Position numbers and translations under genes: made by a program. 64,000 nucleotides of DNA from Paramecium tetraurelia (taxonomy: Eukaryota): the NCBI GenBank assembly GCA_000165425.1, contig CT868658.1, positions 62,001-126,000 of the forward strand. The letters run 5' to 3'. Below, piece by piece: positions 1 through 12,457 of this stretch; positions within the stretch are counted from its first letter, which is position 1, and each line of letters begins with the position of its first letter. Under the pieces are notes generated by a model that ran no database searches, was not told the DNA's origin, and saw only the letters and a list, made by a program, of their open reading frames with translations.

Positions 1-174
1 ATCAGCATAAATGTTAATAATCTTAGATGGAGATTACTCATTTTCCTCTAAGTATTTAAGAGGACTGATTTATTCCACTTGGTTTTGTGGTTATGACTAT
101 TTCTATTTGATTCTTAATGCCGAACCAGTAGAGAATGCAGAACTCTGCACTTTAATCAAAGGAGAGGCTTACAT
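1..174 (-). CDS. 5' end of a hypothetical protein, truncated by the window edge
   Basis: ATG at 174 opens a frame (ciliate code) MQASPLIKVQSSAFSTGSALRIKQKQSQPQNQ... that runs off the start of the window with no TGA. Confidence 0.55.
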
Positions 175-271
175 ATTAAATTAACTTAATATTTATATAT
201 AATTTGGTTATACTCTAATTGATGACCAAAACCGAAGGGTAACAAAAATTTATAGGTAAATATGTACATTA

Positions 272-2586
272 TCATAGTTCTGTAAATAGACTTTATTTCT
301 CCTATTATCTGCCGGGATAGTAATGAGCAGGAGTTCTCTTTTTTATTTTACCAGCGTCTAAGTACTTTTTCTTTGCAAAGAATGCCAAAATAAGTAGGAT
401 GACTCCAATTGCCAAGTATGTAAATTTAATGCCACCACCACTTGCTTTCTTTTGTGTAATCTGTACTTTTTTAGAAGGGACTTATGATTATTATGTTTCA
501 TTCTCTTACTAATTTTATGGAGAAACATTTTCTTTTTTTGTAGTGGATGACTCCTCTTATTCACAATTAACTTCAATTGGACCCAAATACACTCTACATT
601 TATATATTATAAATATAATACCCATCTTAGCATTCATCTCCTGAGATCTTTCTATACCCCTAACTTTTCAAATAAGTGCCTTTGCATTGTTTTGGTTTGA
701 TCTCTCTCATTGGGACACAATTAGAATAGACATCTCTTTTGAATCCAACATCACATTCCCAATCAGCCTTTGAGCATGGACAACTTTCAGTCTAGACTGG
801 CAGATTGGGCTCTTTGTTATAACATTATGCTCTCTGCTTTCTTCTAATATACTTTTCTCTTTTTCCAAATAAGCATTTGTCTCCAGCATAATTAGTTGGA
901 TACCAGAATTCATAGTCAGAATCTTATTCTCCTGGATTATCAAATCCTTGACACTCTCTAACCATAATCTAATTGATGTCTAATGAAACAACTATTCCTT
1001 TCAATGCACTCGAAGTAAAATCATCTTCCTTAGCAACTCCAAGAGTTTTGCTGTCAGATATACCATGAAATATGAACTTACCATTTTTATATACAACATT
1101 AGTTATATCCATTGTAATATTCATCTTAATCTTCTTAAATGTTAGACCTTCATCCCAAGTATATAATATTTCACTTGCCTATTCTTCATCACTCACAAAT
1201 ACAATAAGTCCTGTATTTTCAGCAATATCATAAATGTGCATGCCATCCAATATTTCAAACCATGTGTGTCCTCCATCCCTACTTAAATAGGTCTTGTACT
1301 CATTCCCTAAATAAATTCCAGTGTTTCCAGTTCCAATTGTAATGTAAGAATGACTAACAATTCTATTCCTGGGTGCTTCACTCCTTCCTAATAGATGTAA
1401 TGAACAATCTCCATTGCATTGAATAGGCTATCCTTTATAATCGTATTTTGGAGCTTTGATAGCATGCCACTCTCCTCCTTACTCAAAAAGTAATTCTACT
1501 TTATTTATAATTTTCCAATCTTTTAATACCATCTGTATTTTTTGTAGATCTTCTCAACTTAAATTTCTCAAATTCAGTGTTATCATAAATATTAGCAATT
1601 GTATACGCTTAGGATGCGTGAGTTCTCAATAACAATTTCCAGTATCCAAACTCCTGACATTATTTAATAATGACAATGTATATTTGGTTCCACTTGTGTC
1701 ACTTTAATATATATTCATAATTTTTGGCATGTCCTCCAAATGAGATATCGATATAAAAATAGATCCATTGACAGTATCCAAAACAGTAAATGTGTATTTC
1801 TGATGATCTTCAATTGGCAACACCAATTCTACTGGAGTCAGACTTCCTTATTTAATTACTTCCAAATCATAGCCTTTGCTAAAAGGATCAGCGTCAATCA
1901 AAATAAATAGGTATTCTTTGGTCTAATAAAACCCATAAGAATTATTCCTCAATAATTAGGTAGTTTTGAAATAATCATCACTATAACTAACCTATACGTG
2001 GCCTTAATCACTCAAATAAGATGCAACAATTCTTGAATCTGGGATTTCTGGTAATTCAATCAATTTATCCCATATAGCATCCTTGGTTCTGTTCAACACT
2101 AGTCTCCAATTAGTGCCATAATCATTGCTTACATACAATCTAGAATTCAATAAAGATCTCATACTATTTTTTATATTTCTCTTTACACAAATTGTCAGTG
2201 GTAGCATTGCATCTGAACTCCTTAAATGCCATGAGACTATGGGCTTCTAATGGATTCAATCTGAAATCATGCAAAGTCTTTTCATGCTTGAATTTTTAAT
2301 AGGTTTTCCCACAATTCTGAGTTACATAAGAAGTATCAACATCACCTAATATATAAAGTACTTAAGGATCTGCTTCTGATTGTAATATTTCTCTTATGGT
2401 AAACTAGAATGAATAATCATAATTTACATTTGATATTAACTTGGGCATTTCAGATGTATTGTTTTTGTATAGCATACCCTTAGCACTGAGAATGAATGTT
2501 TCAGATTTGCACCATACAACTTGTTCAAGTGGTGAATCTAAAATTTTTTGTGAAAACACCACTTGTAGCAATAATAATGTTAACAT
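272..2586 (-). CDS. VPS10-domain (sortilin-like) sorting receptor with tiny introns and apparent frame breaks near 1485 and 1600-1630
   Basis: Signal peptide MLTLLLLQVVFS, Asp-box/BNR motifs (LYVSNDYGTNW, YLSRDGGHTW, YTWDEGLTF), ITFEQGGEWHAIKAP, Cys-rich 10CC-like region, one TM helix and short tail ending ...QQEKQSLFTEL-TGA(272-274). Confidence 0.85.
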
Positions 2587-2646
2587 AATTAATTTATAAA
2601 CAGAAGAGTCAAATATCTTTTAAGATAAATATATTTATTGAAATAA

Positions 2647-3957
2647 ATGTTAAGTTCTAAGGCAGGAATAGATCATGTGTTACGTTAGTTCACCAACAAG
2701 AGAGTTTTAATCAGAGTAGATTTCAATGTGCCCATCAAGGAAGGCAAAGTGAAGAATGCCACAAGAATCCAAGGAGCTATCCCTACTTTGAAAAAGATTC
2801 TAGAATAGAATCCCAAGAATGTGACTTTGATGTCTCATATGGGTAGACCAGACGGAAAAAGGTAAAAAAAGAGATTAATTTTGTAGAGTTGAAAAGGATT
2901 CACTTAAGATAGTTGTTCCTAAACTAGAGGAATTGTTGGGCACTAAGATTAACTTTGTCAATGATTGTGTTGGTTCAGAGGCAGTTGAAGCTTCAAATGC
3001 TGGAAATGGATAAATTAATTTATTAGAAAATCTTAGATTCCACATTCAAGAAGAAGGAAAAGGTCTTGATGCCAATGGAGCCAAGATCAAGGCTGACAAA
3101 GAGAGTGTTAAGAAATTTAGAAAGGAATTATCATCTTTGGGAGACATTTATGTTAATGATGCATTTGGTACAGCACATAGAGCTCACTCATCCATGGTTG
3201 GAATTGATCACAAAGTGAGAGTTGCTGGTTATTTGATGAAGAAGGAACTTGATTATTTTGCTAGAGCCTTAGAAACACCATAAAGACCATTCCTTGTTAT
3301 CTTAGGAGGGGCTAAAGTAGCTGACAAAATTTAATTGATTAAATCTATGCTTGATAAAGTAGACGAAATGATCATTGGTGGAGGTATGGCCTTTACATTC
3401 CTTAAAAAAATACACAATGTTCCCATTGGAAAAATCACTCTTTGATGAAGAAGGATATAAAATTGTTGATGAAATTCTTGCTAAAGCTAAAGAGAGAAAT
3501 GTTAAGATTCATCTTCCAACTGATTTTGTATGTGGTACTGGATTGGATGCCTCAAGTCCAGTTGCTTTACATGATCTTAAATCAGGAATTCCAGATGGAT
3601 GGTTGGGCTTAGATGCTGGACAATTGACATAAAGAGAAAATGCTGAAGCTATTGGCAGAGCAAAAACAAGTATAAATATTATACATTTTAATAGTTGTTT
3701 GGAATGGACCTTAAGGTGCTTTTGAAATTGAATAATTCAAGAATGGATCAGTTAGTATGTTGAATGCTCTTGTGAAATAAACATAGAGTGGAGCTACAAC
3801 CATTGTTGGTGGTGGAGACACTGTCAATCTTGTTGGTGCTAATAAGGCAAACGATAAACTTAGTCATGTTTCTACAGGAGGTGGTGCTTCTTTGGAATTA
3901 TTGGAAGGTAAGATTTTACCAGGTGTAGAATATCTTACAAATATTAAAGATTTATGA
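2647..3957 (+). CDS. PGK: phosphoglycerate kinase (two 25-nt introns, 2862-2886 and 3670-3694; one apparent +1 frameshift at 3430-3434)
   Basis: Motifs [89 protein letters not shown]. Confidence 0.97.
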
Positions 3958-4668
3958 TCATAAAATTATATACATCCAAAGTTATTATTAACAATTTAAA
4001 TCATAATATTGTAGTCTCTTAATTCCAAGAAATTATTAACTATAAATGCAGTCTAAATATATTATATTTGATTTTGAATTATTATAATTAAAAGCTGAAT
4101 TTATAAATATAATATAAATATTTATAAATTCTCTTAGAATATTAATTACGTCAGATTAATCATATTAAATGCATATCATTGGAACCTACCATTTAAAATT
4201 AAGTAGAGTGTTATAATTTACAAATTTTCTTCATCTGCAAACATAACAACAATATTCCTCATGTATCCTCTTGATATTATATATATACTGGCTTCCATTT
4301 TACACTATGGGATTTTATAATCAATATAGAGAGATCTGGTACAATTGTTAGAAATACTGTATGAATTCAATTTAAATTATTAGATAATTATTTTTGATAA
4401 TCAAGTATTAAATACCTCAATATAGATAAAAATAGAGAAAACTCAAAAAGAAAAATAACTATAATTTGTATCATAATCAAACTCACGGGCTTTTAGCAAC
4501 CATTAGGGAGAATATAAACATATTTATCCACTGTCAATCATAAAATCCATAGGATTAAGTTCATCAGTTGATTGTTAATTCTATATTAATTAGAAATCTA
4601 TGAATATTTATTGAATTTTGATAGAATATTAAACAAAATTTCTATTAAATAATAATATATGGTATGAT

Positions 4669-7600
4669 TCAAAATGCACGGTAGTTCATTTCTATTCCTA
4701 CAATCTTTTCGTTATTGGTCTAGGTATTCTCATACTTTGATCTTATTTATAATTGTCATTAATACATCATTTTTTTTCTCTTCATTGTGAAAAATGCAAC
4801 TAATCCAATAATCAAAATGATGATCACAGCAATAACAAACCCTACCCATTAATAATTTTCTGAACTATAATTGAGAATCACTTATTTTTAAGAATTCCAT
4901 TTAATCTGTGATGTTTCATAATAATAGTCTAATTATACACTTTAATCATCTCGATACAATTAAATACTTACTAAAATAAGAATTACAATAATTACCAGTA
5001 GCTAAAATAGTAAAAACGAAATTCCTCTATTGTTACTTATTAAAATTAGGAAGTGTTGCATTAATATTTAATTAAGTATCCCTATCAATTTGATTTTAAT
5101 AAATTCTATATTCATTGGATGGTTCAGAACAATAATCAAAATCCTTATTATCTTCGCCTTATCTTTCATTCAATATAATAAAATATTCTATTTATTCAAC
5201 CAAAAATGTTTCTCGTCCACTCTATTTTACTAATTGCAAAGGAGCGAATTCAACATGAAGAGTGATATTTTCCTCAGGTTCCTCGGTAATCTTGGAAGAT
5301 AAGACACCTGAAAGTCCTGGATAGAATTAATCATAAGGGATATCACTTTTATCTTCCACCTAATAGGCCCTAATTGTATATTGGGCATTAACTATTTTCT
5401 TATCAAATGATTTAATAAAATCAAACTTTAAATAAATAACATTGACCAGATCAATTTTATCAAAGAAACCAAATATTTATTTATTTTATTTAATGTCTAT
5501 CTTGTAATCATATTGCCCATTCTTTAGCAAATCTAAGTCCTTTCCAACTAGGACTGAGAAGATCCCATTGCAAAATTGCATCTCATAGAATAAATATGCA
5601 TCATTTTGTTGCATAGCCCAATATGAACTTTAGTGCAATTTATTAGTTCCAAGTTGCTTAATCCTTGGTATCAAAGGTCTAAGTTCTGAGTTTCCTACTT
5701 AAATTTAATAAAACTGAGGGAATTGCGCTAAATTATGGAGAACAATCTAATATTATTTCTCACTGTGAATGTATTCATGATATACTAAATTAGATACTAT
5801 TCTGTGTTATACAGGTTGCAATTAGGCTTTTGTATTATTACTATAGACATTAATAATTGGTAAAGATCTATGTTTTTAATTGGAGAGTACAGAATTCAAA
5901 TCTTCCTAAATTTAAACTGTAATTGAAAATGTCTTATTTTAAGTTGAATGTTAAAAGTAATCATAATTAGTATAATAAAAAAGCTTTTCGCTCTATCCTT
6001 TGAGGTAAGCAAATGCAGAGTAAATTGAACTAGAATATGTAAATAAATTTACTCGATATAAGTAGCATCTTCTTTTTCATTAAAATATTAAATGCTAAAG
6101 TGGCAGTTGAATATTGCCTCAAAGTATATTACCACTTAGGAAGTGTAAAAGTTTTTAATCACAAAATTATTTTCTTAATTATCTGATCGAACCTCTAAGA
6201 GAGTTAAAGTGTGGAAATTATTGTCCTGATTCAAATTGTCTATAGAGTAAGAACAAGCAATTTAACCAGTGAATACATAAATCTATAGTGTTATTGAATT
6301 AGCCTGTGGACTTAGAATAAATGTTATATGTTTATTTTTCTTCAGATAATATTAGAGCAACATTTGAGAATCCAAGAACATTTCCTCCTGTTCATTGCTG
6401 ACCTAGACTGTTACTATTTCTGAAGTATAAGTTTTAAGTGCAATCAATAAAATAGTATTAAATTATAAAGGTTCAGTAACTAATTTTTTTGAGTATCCGT
6501 TTTAGTTATTGTTATATTTAAACTAGGTCACATCTTTGACATAACCTAGATTTAAAGTTTATTAATCTACTTCGTCTACATAAAACAATGCTGTTTCAGA
6601 GTGTGATTACAAAAAGATCATCATCGGCTTAAGTGAAAAATAGTTGTATATTCTAAGAAATACTGTGTATTCTTCTCCAACGTAACTATCGAATAATATT
6701 TAATAGATACAATTTATATGGTTAGTTAGGAAATATCTCATACGCCTCCACCTTTCCTAGATGATACTACAGAGAAAATTAGCAAATACTTTAGCAAAGG
6801 ACTCCGACACTAAAACATTATAAATAAGATTATACTAATAATCTCCAGACAAATCAGGATGAATTATATTCCCAGGTTCAAGGATTAAGACATCGCTGAA
6901 TAGCTCGAAGGATCCCCAATCATATTGTTCTTGATTAGGAAATTTAGATTTGGAAACTAAAAGGTCAGCTTCATTATTTGGTTCTGGTTTAAGCAAGATC
7001 ATTAAATTTTAGTTGTTGTTTGGAACATGTATCTTATAGAATTTTAATCCATTTTATGTAAGGTATCCCTCTTAGATTTCTGATTCTCTTAGTAAAATCA
7101 GATTGGAATTATACTGAATGGTATAATCATAATTGGAATATTTAATATCAGAATGTATTTTAGCTAAAGAGACTGTTAATTATATGATGCACCTCTAAAC
7201 ACAATTCTACTCCTTAATTTCAGATTCAGAAAAGTAGAGTGAAGTTTAATAACCTGCCTTTCCTTTCTTTGACATTTTGACATAAGATTTTGCATTTGGG
7301 TAAGATGATTTCAAATCTTTAGTGATTGAAGCATAAATCTTCAACTCACTAAAATAACTAAATACTAATATATTAACCTCCTAATTTGAACAGAAGAGAT
7401 AAAAGTAATCTTCTCCTAATGGCAAAACTTTCGAGATTGGCTAATCTTCAGCAAGCTAAATTTAAGAATTGTCCATTTTAGAGACTAATATAGAGTAGAA
7501 CTAATCTAGTTTACTATTGAGAGAGAACAAAAGGTATCCTGAACAATAATAATTCTCCTCTCCACAATTACTATTTGTTTTCTTTTTAATTTATAGAATG

Positions 7601-10000
7601 TTAGAATTTTCAAATTCTATTATATCTACAGCTTATTCCTTTTAGAGTCCAAATTATAAAGAAGACTAATCATTATCAAAGGATCTTTTGGAGATCATTA
7701 ATGGTTCTTCATCACTAATTTCTAATCGAAAAGACTATTGGTTATTAGCAGGCAGGAAATTAAAAAAAGGCTCACCTATTAATAAATTAACTTGTTCATT
7801 ATAAAAGTTATAGGCAATTCTAAAACTACCATATACGCCTCCTGCTTTATTTAACTTGATTTTTAAATATAATATTTGTGGATAATTAGGATCATTGGTT
7901 AAAATTTTGATAATTTATCCACCCTACCATATTGCTTAAGATTCATTTGTTTCAGGATGGTCGAAACCAAATATTAAAAACTGTCCATAATGCTTTTTCA
8001 ATATGACATTGAATGGATCTTTATCAGATTGTTCAAATCCTTACAGATCAATTTTAAAAAGAACAAATTCATCATTGGATAGTAAATGATCATGCCAATC
8101 TCCTTAATACAAATGAATATAATGCCAAGGATATTGACCAAGTTATTGAGAGTCTTCAGAGTTTTTGACAACCCAAACAGTTATGATATATTTTGCGGAG
8201 GATTTGCCCCAAATAGTTATTGAGTAATACCCAGGTAAAAGTTAATTAGAGAATTCACCACCAAAATTAATTGAGCTATTTTCTGATTCATATTAAGCAG
8301 TATCCTTATCAGGTTGACTAGGGTAAATAAATAAATTAATGCTCACTTCTCCTTGTATTGGTGAGACTATAAAACTTAATCTTTAAATTTGATCATCTTC
8401 TGATACAAAAAAGTCGTAAAACTAAAGTGAGTTTTTATAAATTGTTGACTTATGGGGTGTGTTTTAGATTAATTTCTTAAAACCTCCTAGAAGTTAATAT
8501 TCGATATCAAATTTACAGCTTTAGCTCCACTTGTTAGGAGGAACAGTAACCAAAACGTAGTAATTACAAATCTAATTACAAGTTATATCGATCTCAAGAA
8601 ATGGAATGAACGAATAGAATCTTATGTAATATTCTTCCATGTTTTTAAATTTTTCTGGATTGTTTATTAGTTCATCTTAAGGACACACAGATTGATCAGT
8701 ACAATTAGTGACTACAATACTTAAATCACCTTTTAGAACTTGAAATATGAGAAAAATCCGATGCCAATCATTTACATTATCAAATAGCTCTAACTTCAGA
8801 ACTTCACCTAATACTACGTATCTTTGATATCGAATTTCTGGATATAATTTTCCTTCTGTTTCATAAGTATATTATAATTGATATGTGCATAATTCCTAAC
8901 CTAAAACTGCAATATAAATAGTATTCATTGTTATATTTTTCTCCAACAACTCATTTTTGGAAATAGATATACACTTGACCGTTGAAAGGTGATCTTACCA
9001 TTCATAGTTATCAAGCAAAGGCGGTTAAAAATTGTAATGAACATACAATTTCGCATTACCCTTAAAAGGAATCAATCGGATTACCTAAGAAAACTATGAA
9101 TCCAATAATATACAATACTGCCATCATCAGGGATATTAAACTCTGAAACATAGAAATCATACTCCCCTTTTTTGACTAATTGGGTGATGCTTTCATAGAC
9201 ATGGATGGTTTTAAGAATTTTAATTCTAGTTGCACTCACTCTAAGCACACTACCCTACTCCCCTTGAATAAGGATTTTATACATCTCAATAGGAGTATAT
9301 TAAGTGAATTCAATGACTTTTTTGTTTTCCCATGTATCAATGCCTACATAATCAAATTTATCATTGTTTGGAACTCCATTCTCATATTTATTCATGAAAA
9401 CTTAGAACGGTTCTTTTGACGATTCTTCATTCAACCTTTGAACATGTATTTCTATTTCTGTTGCCTCATCCCAAATATCATACATTTCAAAATCTATAAT
9501 ATACGATTATTTTTCTGAAGTCATTTTAAAAGTTAGAAATTTTTCAATCGTTAGTGTTTATTCCTAATCTAATTCTATTCGCAATGTGTAGCTGCTCGGA
9601 AATCGAGAGACCACTGAGATATATAAAAGATCATTCTCCTTAACCTTCTCATTATTTATTATGCAGATATCTTAATTATTCATTATTTTTACCCATTCCT
9701 TTTGCTTCACACGCTTGGACATCAGCGTCTTAGACTGAAATTGGTTCTTTAACACTCTTGGATATGTATAAGTTTGGATCGGATTCAGGATCCGAAGTCT
9801 TAAGTAAAACTACTAAATTTGTTTGATTTATTATTTCAGGAACCACAAAGTGATACACATGATGACTTGATGTCAGTGGGGAAACAAAACTACAATATGG
9901 ATTAATAAAACCCTTCTACTGATTCTCCTAGATTCAAATACAGCGGTTGATTGATTGTCTTTTAATTGCATACCAGGTAGAATAGACAAAAAATAATCAT
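4669..10000 (-). CDS. large (~1700 aa) type I membrane protein with repeated extracellular beta-rich modules
   Basis: Hydrophobic N-terminus MIIFCLFYLVC; repeated modules with DPNLYIS / GNAKLYVH / GDLSIVV-type cores; C-terminal TM WVGFVIAVIIILIIGLVAFF and tail ending ...EMNYRAF-TGA; tiny introns restore the frame where checked. The middle was not translated base by base. Confidence 0.75.
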
Positions 10001-10090
10001 TATAATTATTATGAATTATTAATTTTCACATTGAGACATGGACCAATGATTTTTATACTAATTTCAACAAAATATAAATCAATTTTCTAG

Positions 10091-11413
10091 TCAATTCAGT
10101 CGATCAACTTTTGCAGTTTCCTTAATTTGCTCAGCTATCTCCAATAATTGTTTCCTGATAACTGCCTTATTTTTGAAATCATTCTCTCTTTAGGCCTAGC
10201 GAATTAAGTTTTCATATTTTTCATTTAAGGTCTTTAATTTAGCTTCGATTTCTTTATGTTAAAGAGGTGACAAAGGAGATATTAATCTTTTTCTGGATTC
10301 AATCTTTTTATCAGGACTATATGTAGAATTCTTCATATCCTCTAGACAGTCTCGAATGGCTTGTTTTAATTGGCTCTATCTTAAACTTTGATCTGCTCTG
10401 GGACTGGGGAGTGTGGGTGAAATTTGATCTAAATTTAATTTACTAAGAGTTCTCTATTCCCTGTATCCCTAATTGAATTCAGCCTCTTCTTGTCTCGATA
10501 TTCTTCTTTTTAAATATTTATGACTTTTCTCCTCCTAATCCAATTTAAGTTTGATAGTATGATATTTAACACTCAGATCCTTCTAATCCATAGTCAATTA
10601 TTAAATAATATCTTGGTATTCGGAACTCTTCAGAATCAACTCTTAGATCCTTTTGGCCATTTATTCTTCTCTACAGAGTCTGTTAGATTGAGCTTCGTCA
10701 ATGTTCTTTAGGTATAGTCTATCCTTTTCATCTAGTTGATATTTGAGATTGGATATTTGTTTTTCAAATTCATGCAATTTAAATGCAGGATGTTTTTATT
10801 TGTAATTTTCAAATTCCTACTCCAACTTTAACTTTTCAGATTCTAAAAATTCTACTCTTTTTTCTAGCTTTTTAATGACACTATCTTTGATATCGATCTT
10901 TGATTTGTATTCTTAGACAGTGTTCAATAGTACTGAATTTTCTTCGTATTTCTTCATTTCTACCTTATGCAACAAGCCTTTCTCATTATTCTTATACGCT
11001 TGCAACTATCTATAAAGACTTTCGTATGACAATTGGATCTCATGCTTATCGTGTTTGAGCTCTTCATTCTTCCTTATCAATTCAGACACTCTATCCTAGT
11101 AATCCTTTAAATGCTATAATCTTTCCACTTGTAATAACTCGATTTATTGAGAGGCTCTATTGTTCATTTCCAACTCCTAAGAAACCTTCATCAATTGTAT
11201 TTGGAGTCGATCGTTCTCACAAGAGAGTTCATTCACTTATTGTTTAAGTTACTCAATCAAGATGTCTTGGGGGGACAAATCAATTGATTTTCTGCATGTG
11301 TCATTTCTTAATTTATCCTACATACTCTTCATAGCTGAAGCATAGGCACTGCTCATTGTTGGAGAATTGGATGAAAATGCCCTTTAAGATAATCTTGATT
11401 CTCTTTATTACAT
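10091..11413 (-). CDS. coiled-coil hypothetical protein (440 aa, intronless)
   Basis: Continuous 1323-nt frame MQQRESRLSQRAFSSNSPTMSSAYASAMKSMQDKLR... rich in E/K/Q/L heptads, TGA at 10091-10093. Confidence 0.8.
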
Positions 11414-11443
11414 AAAAATATAATATAATGTGCATGAATGTGT

Positions 11444-12281
11444 TCACGGCAATTTTTCAAAATATTCTCTATCAAATTCTTTCCTCCTCTCCTAAATTAT
11501 CCTTTTCTCCACATCCTATTCCTTCTCCTTTATTTGTTTGAATTGCATGGCGAGATTGGGTGTTGCAATCTTCCTGTTCTTGTAAAGATTAAACTATTTC
11601 TAGGTTATCCTCCTCTTATATTGACAAGTCTGCTGAGTGTTATCGAAAACCACTTCAAATTATTATGTTTAATTTTAAAAGGGTTAAAAGGTCGATCCCA
11701 TATGTAACTTACTTGATTTACTTCTATCAGTAAATACTTTTGCTGGTTAGATCTCTTTGATCTTTGTACAAGAGAGTTATTTGTTGAATTCTTCTAGAAT
11801 AGGTTGACTAGTATCTCTATGGGTGTCTCTACTCATCTTCTAAGTTTTAATTGTGTTTCGACATTCCTCCAAAGTCATTGGTCTTTACATCTCCTACTCA
11901 TTTGTGATTCTGCCGATTGACAAACCTTGCATCGAAGGGTCTATAAATTTAAGTGCGTGGTTTACTTGGTTTGTAATGCAAATGCAAGGGCATTAATGGA
12001 AATCTATTTTTCTGCATCTGAACAATCTCCTTCAAAACAGAATGATAATCTTCATCTTCTATTTGGAACTTGAATTAGATTTTGGCTAAATTCTAATATT
12101 TTTTCCTTGGCTTCGGTTCCTCTATTTCAGGCACCTTATAATGTTTGGAAGCAGTCGTAACTAAAAAGTTCTTGGCCTTCAACTGACTCAAGGATATCAT
12201 TTCATTGTTGACTGGTTGAATACACAATGTTTGACCGAAAGAGTTGATCTTATCAATAATATTTTAATTCATGAAACTCAT
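11444..12281 (-). CDS. hypothetical protein (one 25-nt intron; start uncertain)
   Basis: Open ciliate-code frame MSFMNQNIIDKINSFGQ... through intron GTAAACC...TTATAG to ...EFDREYFEKLP-TGA. Confidence 0.65.
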
Positions 12282-12457
12282 TAATAACTCTTCATTATAG
12301 AACCTATATAGGAATCGGTAGAATTCAAATGAAGCTTTGTGATTTACCGTCCAAAAGAGGGGTTTTAATATAATTTCACAGAAACTTATATATAAAGTTA
12401 GATCCCAATTACTGCTCTATTTATTACTACTAATTTTAAATTATTGAATATATAATT

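Noticed and set aside
4169..4613. TGA-free + strand frame of ~148 codons between PGK and the large membrane gene
   Set aside because: With a single stop codon, such frames arise by chance in AT-rich DNA. No recognisable motif.
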